From an uncultured candidate division Zixibacteria bacterium (GTDB taxonomy: Bacteria; Zixibacteria; MSB-5A5; GN15; FEB-12): a stretch of 64,000 nt of DNA. The stretch is from positions 1,824,001 to 1,888,000 of the forward strand of contig OY760907.1 of assembly GCA_963664195.1 (NCBI GenBank), in the 5' to 3' direction. Positions within the stretch are counted from its first letter, which is position 1. Each line of letters opens with the position of its first letter. The notes beneath the pieces are model-generated. The model was given only the letters and a program-made list of their open reading frames with translations, ran no database searches and was not told where the DNA came from. This document shows positions 1 through 9,522 of this stretch, in pieces. The position numbers and the translations under genes are program-made.

Positions 1-257
1 CGTCCCATTGCCTTGAGGTGTCGCCATTCGATCTCGCCGCCGATTGCAAACAGGATCAGGCCGAGCGCGATATCGTTGACCAGCGAAACGTCATGGAGCG
101 TCGTGTCAGAGATGAGGCCGAGAATTGAGGGGCCGAACAGGAGTCCGGTGAGCATATATCCTGTGACGCGGGGGATTTTGATCCGATGTGATAGCTTGCC
201 GCCCAGAATACCCAGGAGGATGATAATACCGACGCCCAGAAGTTCCGTGATCTGCAT
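1..257 (-). CDS. Cation:proton antiporter (CPA2/Kef-type), 5' part; runs off the window
   Basis: Manual translation from the ATG at 257: MQITELLGVGIIILLGILGGKLSHRIKIPRVTGYMLTGLLFGPSILG...IALGLILFAIGGEI. This is the typical hydrophobic N-terminus of Na+/H+ exchanger family proteins. Confidence 0.85.
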   Translation of the reverse strand, partial: MQITELLGVGIIILLGILGGKLSHRIKIPRVTGYMLTGLLFGPSILGLISDTTLHDVSLVNDIALGLILFAIGGEIEWRHLKAMG

Positions 258-357
258 TCAACTGCCCCGTAAGGTTTGCGCGCGAAATCATCGGAATTAT
301 AGAGTGCGGTTTTGCCCGTGTCAACTTCAACAGGGGGGAGGTCTTCGCAGGGAAGGT

Positions 358-432
358 TGGGCGGCACACGCCCTCGTGTGCCCCTTCAGACCTGCGAGGA
401 CGTTGGCGGGTTCGCGGACGGACCCGCCCTAC
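358..432. repeat. REP-like palindrome pair (family D)
   Basis: TGGGCGGCACACGCCCTCGTGTGCCCC ... GGCGGGTTCGCGGACGGACCCGCCCTAC. A near-identical pair is at 30090-30157 and a first-half copy at 16007-16034. Confidence 0.75.
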
Positions 433-456
433 AAGATCGCACATGCGGCGATGCCC

Positions 457-732
457 CTACACCAACCCCATCAAAAACCCGAGGAGCATATCCAGCACCG
501 CTTCTTCCGGCTCGACGGGCTGGAGGTCGCCGGTTGACTTGCTCGGATCAATCCAAGGCCAATCGTCGCCGCTCGGTTTGTCGTTTTCGTTCCAGCCGGA
601 ATCATCCGCGTCTCGCGCGTCCGTCGTACCGATTCCAGAACGTTGGGAGGCGTCGAGGTCCATCGACATGACCGCCGGTGCCGCCCAGAGCATGCACATC
701 GCCAGCATCAGACATAGTGTTAGTTGTTTCAT
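457..732 (-). CDS. Small secreted acidic peptide/protein (91 aa)
   Basis: SD-like GAAAGGA upstream of the ATG. Signal-peptide-like N-terminus MKQLTLCLMLAMCMLWAAPA, Asp/Trp-rich core and hydrophobic C-terminus. Confidence 0.7.
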   Translation of the reverse strand: MKQLTLCLMLAMCMLWAAPAVMSMDLDASQRSGIGTTDARDADDSGWNENDKPSGDDWPWIDPSKSTGDLQPVEPEEAVLDMLLGFLMGLV

Positions 733-805
733 GATTCTGTATCCTTTCGGTATATGTATGTTTCTCCGGGCAGAGTTTTTGTTCGATCAATCACGCGTTC
801 TCTTC

Positions 806-1000
806 GTAGCGCAGGTCTGTCTTCAGACCTGCGAGGACATTGGCAGGTTTGAAGACAGCCACTCGTGGCGCCAATCCGCCCACAAGATTGTCGGGTTTCT
901 CGCCCCGCCATCGGCGGGCCTCGGAACGCCGACCCACTGTCATTCTTCGAAGCCAAGGTCTGAAGACAGACCGTGGCCTACAAGACTATAGCCCTACAAG
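806..1000. repeat. Stack of REP-like palindromes (families B and C)
   Basis: GTAGCGCAGGTCTGTCTTCAGACCTGC; GGCAGGTTTGAAGACAGCCACTCGTGGCG; GCCAAGGTCTGAAGACAGACCGTGGCCTAC. Related copies occur at 1332, 2196, 40780, 56710 and 63503. Confidence 0.75.
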
Positions 1001-1111
1001 ACTGCACGCAATTCAAGACGCGCGCACGTATACCGATGTCGATGTCTTGGATGTGCTCCCCACCGTTACCCACCCCGAGGGGGACCCTGGTGTCGTGCCA
1101 GATCCTATCCA

Positions 1112-1140
1112 ATAATGGTTAATGTTGACGTCATTGTCAA
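1112..1140 (-). promoter_or_regulatory. Putative sigma70 promoter overlapping a TTGAC-N6-GTCAA palindrome
   Basis: The minus strand reads TTGACA-N17-CATTAT, pointing toward the 457-732 ORF. Confidence 0.45.
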
Positions 1141-1189
1141 GTGTTCGAAGGTGTGTTTTTGGCGAATGGGTGAGGGGTTTGCGTCATCT

Positions 1190-1358
1190 TGTAGGGTGGA
1201 ACCCTTTAGCGGTTCCGCCGGAAAGAGAGTCCGCCGCAGGCGGACGGTGGCAGAACCGCTCCGAGCGCGTTCAGTAGTGGGGGAGAGCGTCTATTCGGGT
1301 TCTGCCCTACAGCAGCCTACAAGTCGAAGATGGCAGGTCTGAAGACAGAGCATGCCCT
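1190..1358. repeat. REP-like palindrome cluster
   Basis: TGTAGGGTGGAACCC...GGTTCCGCC, TTCTGCCCTAC and GGCAGGTCTGAAGACAGAGCATGCCC. Confidence 0.6.
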
Positions 1359-1381
1359 TCATGATATCCCCAACTACCCCT

Positions 1382-1409
1382 TTGACATTCAACCGCGTAC
1401 CCCTATATT
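1382..1409 (+). promoter_or_regulatory. sigma70-type promoter of coaX (probably leaderless transcript)
   Basis: TTGACA-N16-TATATT followed 6 nt later by the ATG, with no SD. Confidence 0.65.
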
Positions 1410-1415
1410 CCCTCC

Positions 1416-2180
1416 ATGTTACTCGCTATTGATATCGGCAATACAAATACCGTCGTGGGCGTCTTCAAAGGCACCACGCTCAAAGACAGTTTTCGCGTCG
1501 CCTCCCAGCGTACCATGACCGCCGACGAGGCCGGGTTTTTCATCACCGGGCTGCTCCAGCGGATGCGGATTCCAAACGAGGATGTCGACGAGGTCGTGAT
1601 TGCGTCGGTCGTCCCGCCGCTGACGCCCGTGTTCGAGCAGACCGCCAAGAAGTACTTCGGCTGTTTTCCGGTGATCGTCTCGGCACATATCCACCTTCCG
1701 ATCAAAATCGACATTGACCAGCCGGACGAGGTCGGTGCGGATCGTATTGCCAACTCGGTCGCGGCGTTCCAGAAATTCGGCGGCCCGTGTATCGTAATCG
1801 ATTTCGGTACTGCCACCACATTCGATGTGGTCAACGCCGAAGGTGCGTATATCGGTGGCATCATTATACCGGGACCGAAAACTTCCATGGGCGAACTGGC
1901 CCGCAAGGCGTCCCGTTTGTTCGAGGTACGGATCGAAAAGCCGGACACGGTTGTCGGACGCTCCACCGCGGGCGCGCTCAAATCCGGATTGTTTTACGGC
2001 ACGGTTGGACAGATCGATTTTCTGGTCGAGAAGATCCTCGAAGAGACCGGATTCGAGAATGTTCGTATTGTCGCCACGGGCGGTTTGGCCAACGGTATCG
2101 AAAAGGCCTCGCGGCATATCAAACTGGTTGAACCGTCGTTGACGCTCGAGGGCCTTCGGTTGATCGCCGAAGGGAATTGA
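1416..2180 (+). CDS. coaX: Type III pantothenate kinase
   Basis: Motifs LAIDIGNTNT, VGADRIAN, IDFGTATTFD, GGIIIPG and LTLEGL. Confidence 0.95.
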   Translation: MLLAIDIGNTNTVVGVFKGTTLKDSFRVASQRTMTADEAGFFITGLLQRMRIPNEDVDEVVIASVVPPLTPVFEQTAKKYFGCFPVIVSAHIHLPIKIDIDQPDEVGADRIANSVAAFQKFGGPCIVIDFGTATTFDVVNAEGAYIGGIIIPGPKTSMGELARKASRLFEVRIEKPDTVVGRSTAGALKSGLFYGTVGQIDFLVEKILEETGFENVRIVATGGLANGIEKASRHIKLVEPSLTLEGLRLIAEGN

Positions 2181-2195
2181 ACGAATAAGGTCTTT

Positions 2196-2240
2196 GTAGA
2201 GCGGGTCTCTGCCACGAGTGGCCGTCTTTGAATCCCCCAA
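2196..2240. repeat. REP-like element (family C, inverted copy)
   Basis: GTAGAGCGGGTCTCTGCCACGAGTGGCCGTCTTTGAA; matches 63503-63549 and the reverse of 842-883 and 40780-40822. Confidence 0.7.
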
Positions 2241-2257
2241 AGGATTTTTTAGTATCT

Positions 2258-2335
2258 GCAGACCGAAACTCCTCTAGTTTCGACATTCACTTGTCATAAC
2301 CGCAGGGCAACGCGGTTGAGTTGGTCTTGACCTAC
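2258..2335 (-). repeat. Double-hairpin REP-like element (family A)
   Basis: The reverse complement reads GTAGGTCAAGACC...GTTGCCCTGCGGTTATGAC...GTCGAAACTAGAGGAGTTTCGG, matching 15917-15992 and 34356-34430. Confidence 0.8.
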
Positions 2336-2491
2336 AGAAACCAAACATTCGGTGCCTCCGTTCTTTACTACCCAAACTCGCCAAACCACACCAACTTCCA
2401 CCAAAATCGCAAAATCTGCCAACAAACGTGTCAATGTGGCAGCCAATTTGTCACTTTTTTGCCAAAATCACTACTTTTTCCGTGGAACCTC

Positions 2492-2519
2492 TTGACTTCT
2501 AACCCGTTTAATGTATCAT
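2492..2519 (+). promoter_or_regulatory. groESL promoter
   Basis: TTGACT-N16-TATCAT just upstream of CIRCE. Confidence 0.65.
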
Positions 2520-2528
2520 GTCACGCGC

Positions 2529-2555
2529 TTAGCACTCAATGGATGAGAGTGCTAA
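2529..2555. promoter_or_regulatory. CIRCE element (HrcA operator)
   Basis: Perfect TTAGCACTC-N9-GAGTGCTAA upstream of groES. Confidence 0.97.
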
Positions 2556-2617
2556 CAACGTAATATGGTAACGAATCTAAGAGATTGTTTTAGTCCTAAT
2601 TATTGGAGGCAAAGAAA

Positions 2618-4598
<1,981 letters not shown>

Positions 4599-4621
4599 TT
4601 CCCCCTGCGGCGCCTACGTCT

Positions 4622-4664
4622 GCAAATCAAAAAGACCCGGTCACTACGACCGGGTCTTTTTTTG
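4622..4664 (+). terminator. Intrinsic terminator of groESL (copy 1 of a 43-bp direct repeat)
   Basis: AAAAAGACCCGGTC-ACTAC-GACCGGGTCTTTTTTT. Confidence 0.9.
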
Positions 4665-4733
4665 TGCTTGATCAAATCGTCTCTATTGTCCATATTGTGA
4701 CAGCAGTAATCTAATCAATGACGGGGGATTCTT

Positions 4734-6605
4734 ATGGGCGAAGTTCTTTACAACGGCAAGTTGATATACGGGAAGAATGTCTATTCGGTCACTCTGGAAG
4801 ACACGACCCTAGCCGGAACCGACGGCGTGAGATACCAAATCGATTTGCTGGATGCTGACGGGGATCGCATTGCTAGCGAGCAGAAAGTAGTCGGAATATC
4901 GCGCACTTGGTTGGCGATGCAGCCATACCTCGAAGCCGATCTGATCGCGCTTCTAATTCAGTTCAGGAGGCGGTTGCCTCGTGTGATTACGAGTAAAGAA
5001 GATGCCCTGTTCAAGTTTCCTGACTGGAAGTGGGATGTTAAGCTGTACAAGATCGGTCAGCTTCTGCGTACTTACTTCGGGTTGGACCGATCTGCACACT
5101 TGCCACCCGAATGCCTGCGTAATTCTGTCACGATAGAGTATTTCGAGATACTGTCGGTGTTGGGATATCTGCATGATCAGGGTGTCATCAGGCACGACAG
5201 AAGCAGTGATGAAGATGTCGTTGTGGGAGAAGACTGGCCAACGCCACTTGGCAGGATTCTCGACGACCTAAAACCTTTGTCCTGGGAACCAATCGGCGGA
5301 GGGGTAGTGGTTGTCCCGGAACCAGTTGTCGTCAAGATCGGGGTGAGCGATCCCGTCGTCACCATCTCTCCCACCAGGTGTCCCGTACCGATGCCCAACG
5401 GTGATCTCTGTGGTCGTCCTGCTGAGGACTCTGGTGGACGCTGCATTTGTCATTGCGAGGAGCCCAAAGAGCTGGGGCCCTTCGAGATCGCGGTAGCAGA
5501 GGTGCTGTCGGATGACAACGCTGTACACGATTTCACTGGCTTTGTCTTTCCCGAGGACTTCCGATTTCCAGATGCACGGCGTTTTGCTGGTAGTGTTGTA
5601 TTCTTTGATTGTCAGTTTCGGTGTCTCGTTAGTCTAAGGGAGAGTGTGTTCACCAACCAGCTACTCATCGCCAACAGTCGTTTTGAAAGAGGGGCGAGTT
5701 TAGCCAATTCCCAGTTTCAAGGCTCTTTCGAAATCCGCGAATGCGAGTTGAGTCTGTTGAATCTGAGTTATTCGGTGTTTCAAGACGGGTTCGTGTTCAT
5801 GCGCAATGTCATTCGCCCCGGATTGGTTGTCAATGCGGAAGAGAACGGCAATCAGAGACTAGTGGACATGCGGGGAACGGTCTTTGAGAATGGGCAGCAG
5901 GTATTTCTGAAGGACATCAAGGCATCTGAGATAGCACTTGGCGGCTGCAATCTCGCCACAGCAGGGCATCTCCAGTTCGAGGGACTCAGCCGAAATGACA
6001 ACACCACTTACTGGTTGGCTGATGAGGGGCCAGTCCTAGCCCACGAGGGACTCAGAGAAAGACCTTATCGCCAGAGGAATTATGCACTTGCGGATTCCTA
6101 TCAACAGATTCAGCGGCACATGATTTCGATTCGGAACTACACCGCCGCCGGAGGGTTCCATGAGCGCGAGATGGATGTGCGTAGGAAACACCTCGCCGGT
6201 TCCGTGGTTGACCGGTTGCTCTTCGAGCTATACAGCCTACTATCGCGATACGGGGAGAGCCTGAAACTGCCCGTCTTCTGGCTGGCACTGCTATTGGCCT
6301 CGTTTCCGATAGCAACCTCTCTTTGGATGGGAAACCATAATCTCGACTGGATAGGTTATGCAGAATGGAGCATTGGAGACGTTTCGATTTGTGTTAAGGA
6401 GTGGCTTTGTGATGTGGTTCGCAACGTAGAGAGTCTTTTCTTTGTCAGGGGCGAGCCGTTCTGGCCCAGGTACAGTACTGATCCGACCGAAGTAACGATC
6501 GTTTCGGAAGGCTGGCGTCTCTTGATTATCGTTGAGCGAGTCTTTGCAGCTATCTTGGTGTCCTTCATAGTTATCAATGTCCGTCGTCGATTCCGCCGCT
6601 ACTAG
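4734..6605 (+). CDS. Pentapeptide-repeat-containing membrane protein with Cys/His knuckle (623 aa)
   Basis: CPVP...CGRP...CICHC motif, then F-x-x-x-x-F type repeats, then SRYGES followed by C-terminal transmembrane segments. Confidence 0.7.
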   Translation: MGEVLYNGKLIYGKNVYSVTLEDTTLAGTDGVRYQIDLLDADGDRIASEQKVVGISRTWLAMQPYLEADLIALLIQFRRRLPRVITSKEDALFKFPDWKWDVKLYKIGQLLRTYFGLDRSAHLPPECLRNSVTIEYFEILSVLGYLHDQGVIRHDRSSDEDVVVGEDWPTPLGRILDDLKPLSWEPIGGGVVVVPEPVVVKIGVSDPVVTISPTRCPVPMPNGDLCGRPAEDSGGRCICHCEEPKELGPFEIAVAEVLSDDNAVHDFTGFVFPEDFRFPDARRFAGSVVFFDCQFRCLVSLRESVFTNQLLIANSRFERGASLANSQFQGSFEIRECELSLLNLSYSVFQDGFVFMRNVIRPGLVVNAEENGNQRLVDMRGTVFENGQQVFLKDIKASEIALGGCNLATAGHLQFEGLSRNDNTTYWLADEGPVLAHEGLRERPYRQRNYALADSYQQIQRHMISIRNYTAAGGFHEREMDVRRKHLAGSVVDRLLFELYSLLSRYGESLKLPVFWLALLLASFPIATSLWMGNHNLDWIGYAEWSIGDVSICVKEWLCDVVRNVESLFFVRGEPFWPRYSTDPTEVTIVSEGWRLLIIVERVFAAILVSFIVINVRRRFRRY

Positions 6606-6622
6606 ATGCAACGCTTAAGCTC

Positions 6623-6665
6623 GCAAATCAAAAAGACCCGGTCACTACGACCGGGTCTTTTTTTG
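6623..6665. terminator. Bidirectional intrinsic terminator (copy 2 of the 43-bp direct repeat)
   Basis: Identical to 4622-4664; lies between convergent genes. Confidence 0.9.
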
Positions 6666-6696
6666 CTTCCCGCTAACTTGTCACAACCCCCTCCGG

Positions 6697-7065
6697 CTAT
6701 GGCACCAGCTGTCCCTCCCGTCGAGAAGCAATGTCTACCAGAAAACGTCGAAACGGCGCGTGAATGCATTCCTTCGAACAGGCCGTCAGGTCATCGATAT
6801 ACATACAGTGCATTTCGCAATCGGACGTGCCGGTCAAATCCAGACACGGAATTTGCTCGTCGAGGACCGGCAGGAAATCTTTCACCGGAATAAGAAAAGT
6901 TGTCCCGCAACCCTCTACCTGGTGGTTGAAATAGAACACGTTGAGATCGAACGCCTTGCTCTCAAAACTCATACCCACCGGCTCAACATGTTCGCAATCG
7001 ATTATGTTTTTGAGACTGAACCACTTGCCGCAGCCCGGACATTGTTTGAATCGTCGCTGGTTCAC
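6697..7065 (-). CDS. Cys-rich hypothetical protein, putative metal-binding
   Basis: GAGGG SD then GTG at 7065; motifs CPGC, HxxxxCGTT, CxxHC and CxxxC. Confidence 0.7.
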   Translation of the reverse strand: MNQRRFKQCPGCGKWFSLKNIIDCEHVEPVGMSFESKAFDLNVFYFNHQVEGCGTTFLIPVKDFLPVLDEQIPCLDLTGTSDCEMHCMYIDDLTACSKECIHAPFRRFLVDIASRREGQLVP

Positions 7066-7166
7066 TGATAGCCCTCTTTTCCTGGGCAATCCCTGCCCAT
7101 GACTTTTGTTGTCGACCCAAAACCATATAGGAGTTAGGCCTCCACAAACCTTTGCTAAGTCACTGG

Positions 7167-7194
7167 TTGACAGCCGGTGTGAAAGGACTATCTT
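7167..7194 (+). promoter_or_regulatory. sigma70-type promoter (probably leaderless transcript)
   Basis: TTGACA-N16-TATCTT, with the ATG 6 nt downstream. Confidence 0.65.
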
Positions 7195-7200
7195 GCCGCT

Positions 7201-7953
7201 ATGAGTAGACCAGATGAACTTATCTCAATTATCAGGGCGGAATTCCCCGATGACCGGCTGACCTTCCAGAAGACGGTTGCGACGTTTCATCCGGAGTCAA
7301 CCGAGGAGGCCGCGAAGCTTATCTCGTTGGCCGGCAAGCACAAACAGAAGCTCTACATCACCGGATTCGGCAACAATATCGACCCGATCGATGAGCCGTT
7401 TACCTCTATGGTAACTATCCGGACCGACCGCCTCAACGACATTCTGGACGTCTCCGCACCCGATCTGTATGTCAAACTGGGAGCAGGATTTCCGATCCGG
7501 GAGGTCAACAAACATATCGAATCCGAAGGCCTTTTCATGGCCCATTCGGCTCTTCCGTATGTGGGATCGGTGGGCGGTTCGATAGCGGTAAATCTGTCAG
7601 CCGAGCTTAGCGGTCATCACCTGCCGATTAAGAAATATCTCGTCCGGGCGGAAATCGTCACCGGCGGCGGGGATGTCATCACACCGGGGTCGGCCTGTTT
7701 TAAGTCGGTGTCGGGGTACGATATCGTGAAGATATTCGCGCAGTCCTGGGGGCTGCTGGGGCTGGTGGTCAGCGCGACCTTCCGTGTGGTGCCGCTGGCG
7801 GCTGCCGACGAGTTCGCCACGATGAAAATGAACGCAATCGACCGCGAGCATTTCCTCGACGGCCTCCGTGAGACCAACGAAGGCCCGGATGCAATATATT
7901 CGCGCAAGATCAAGGAGAAGTTCGATCCCCACGGGATTCTCCCGATTGTCTGA
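7201..7953 (+). CDS. FAD-binding oxidoreductase (GlcE-like, FAD_binding_4)
   Basis: PESTEEAA, GSVGGSIA, KSVSGYDI...SWGLLGLV and a C-terminal IKEKFDPHGIL. Confidence 0.85.
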   Translation: MSRPDELISIIRAEFPDDRLTFQKTVATFHPESTEEAAKLISLAGKHKQKLYITGFGNNIDPIDEPFTSMVTIRTDRLNDILDVSAPDLYVKLGAGFPIREVNKHIESEGLFMAHSALPYVGSVGGSIAVNLSAELSGHHLPIKKYLVRAEIVTGGGDVITPGSACFKSVSGYDIVKIFAQSWGLLGLVVSATFRVVPLAAADEFATMKMNAIDREHFLDGLRETNEGPDAIYSRKIKEKFDPHGILPIV

Positions 7954-7996
7954 GCAAGGAACGTATTCGTTGGAGAGATCAATCAAGGAGGCAGCT

Positions 7997-8377
7997 ATGG
8001 AAAGAGCAGCAGAGCATTCCCGGGTCGCCGTGCTGGGCGCCTCAACAAACGAAGAGCGGTACTCGTTTCAGGCCGTGAAAATGCTGGGCGAGTACGGCCA
8101 CATCCCCATTCCGGTGCATCCGAAAGGACACACGGTCAACGGCATTTCCGGTTTGAAGTCACTTGGCGATATCACCGGGCCGATTGATACTCTGACAGTG
8201 TATGTCAACGCAAAGATATCCAGCGCCGAGTTGGATCATATTCTGGAGTTGAAGCCGCGACGGGTTGTGTTCAATCCGGGGGCAGAGAACGCCGAATTGG
8301 GCAAGACACTCAGAGAGAATGGGATCGAAGTGGTAGAGGCGTGTACGCTGGTAATGCTCCGTACGGAGCAGTTCTAG
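7997..8377 (+). CDS. CoA-binding protein (YccU-like)
   Basis: AAGGAGG SD; VAVLGAS...ERYS, DTLTVYVN, RVVFNPGAEN and ACTLVML. Confidence 0.9.
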   Translation: MERAAEHSRVAVLGASTNEERYSFQAVKMLGEYGHIPIPVHPKGHTVNGISGLKSLGDITGPIDTLTVYVNAKISSAELDHILELKPRRVVFNPGAENAELGKTLRENGIEVVEACTLVMLRTEQF

Positions 8378-8389
8378 AACCGATATATC

Positions 8390-9100
8390 CTACTTCGGGT
8401 CATTACCCAAGTGGGTGAGTTTGTCCATTTTGGCTTTGATTGCCACCACGGCCACATCAGTCAACTCTTCGATATCCATGTAGGCGGTATTGACCACCAG
8501 GTCGTATAGCCGGGGGTTGTCTATGTCCTCGTCACACAGAGTGGCGATAAACTCTCGTCGGTCTCGATCTGACATCTCGATAATCCTTTTTGCCTCGTCA
8601 GCATCGATTTGCTTGTATTTCACGAGGTTTTCGATCCGCTTTTTCTTCGGACAGATCACGCGAATATGAAAGCCCCTTCTGGGGCCGAGGATCACATTGC
8701 CGCCCCTTCCCATCAGCACGATACCGCCCAACTCCGACATAGAAAGAACCACCCGGCAAAGCTGTTTGGCATAGTCGGAATGGTCCACTGCCTGGCCCGT
8801 GAGAAAGGCTTCCATCGTCAGTTCCAACTGGCTTCGGGAGTGCTCGTCGAGGGACTCAATGACCCGTCTCAGATAACCGGAAGTGCGGCAGATGACGTCG
8901 ATTGCCTCCCGATGCAGCCTCTGGTAGCCGAGCCGACCGGCCAGACGTGAGCCGAAATACGATCCGCGGCTTCCGGATTCGCGACTGATCGTGACAATTG
9001 GAGCAGGCGTGCGCTTGACGTCGGATTTGGTCTCGACCTCTCGCTTTTCCAGTTCCCATTTGAGCAGCTGCCGATTGACTATGGATTCGATAGAAGTCAC
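8390..9100 (-). CDS. Cytidylate kinase-like family protein
   Basis: AGGAGG SD then GTG at 9100; VTISRESGSRG, VLMGRGG and YDLVVNT. Confidence 0.88.
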   Translation of the reverse strand: MTSIESIVNRQLLKWELEKREVETKSDVKRTPAPIVTISRESGSRGSYFGSRLAGRLGYQRLHREAIDVICRTSGYLRRVIESLDEHSRSQLELTMEAFLTGQAVDHSDYAKQLCRVVLSMSELGGIVLMGRGGNVILGPRRGFHIRVICPKKKRIENLVKYKQIDADEAKRIIEMSDRDRREFIATLCDEDIDNPRLYDLVVNTAYMDIEELTDVAVVAIKAKMDKLTHLGNDPK

Positions 9101-9522
9101 CGTATCACCTCCTACTACAAGGATATACGGGGGACGATGTTCTCTCAGCAATAATAAAACGGCCTCTGATGTCTTGGTTCGCCCCGTAGGCCAGCGGCTT
9201 GGCCGCAATTGGGTTCACTGACGTAACACTTTCTGAGTGCTATCGGTTCTGGGCAAAAGATGATCAACCTCCGGCTATCAGAAAGAGACAGAACGCGATA
9301 TCGGAGGTCAATGCTGCGAGGAATGCGGGATTGGCCGTTCCCAATCGAACGTCCAAAAAGTGGTTGCATAAGTGGATGACAATGGTTATGTTTTGATCGT
9401 CCGGGGAATGGCAAAAAACATCTATTGATCTGTTCTTGCACGTTCGTCTGAGAACCCAACTGCTACGGGATGCACATTTCCCGCGTGATGTTCGTATACC
9501 ATACATGCGAAAGGGATCTGCT

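Noticed and set aside
340..1360. Possible CRISPR array among the clustered repeats
   Set aside because: The repeats are degenerate, palindromic, variably oriented and irregularly spaced, with no constant repeat-spacer period and no cas genes.
9245..9312. c-di-GMP-I riboswitch-like words (GGGCAAA, CCTCCGG) upstream of the FG-GAP gene
   Set aside because: The P2 hairpin with a GNRA loop and the GACGCAAA junction are missing; only a simple hairpin is evident.
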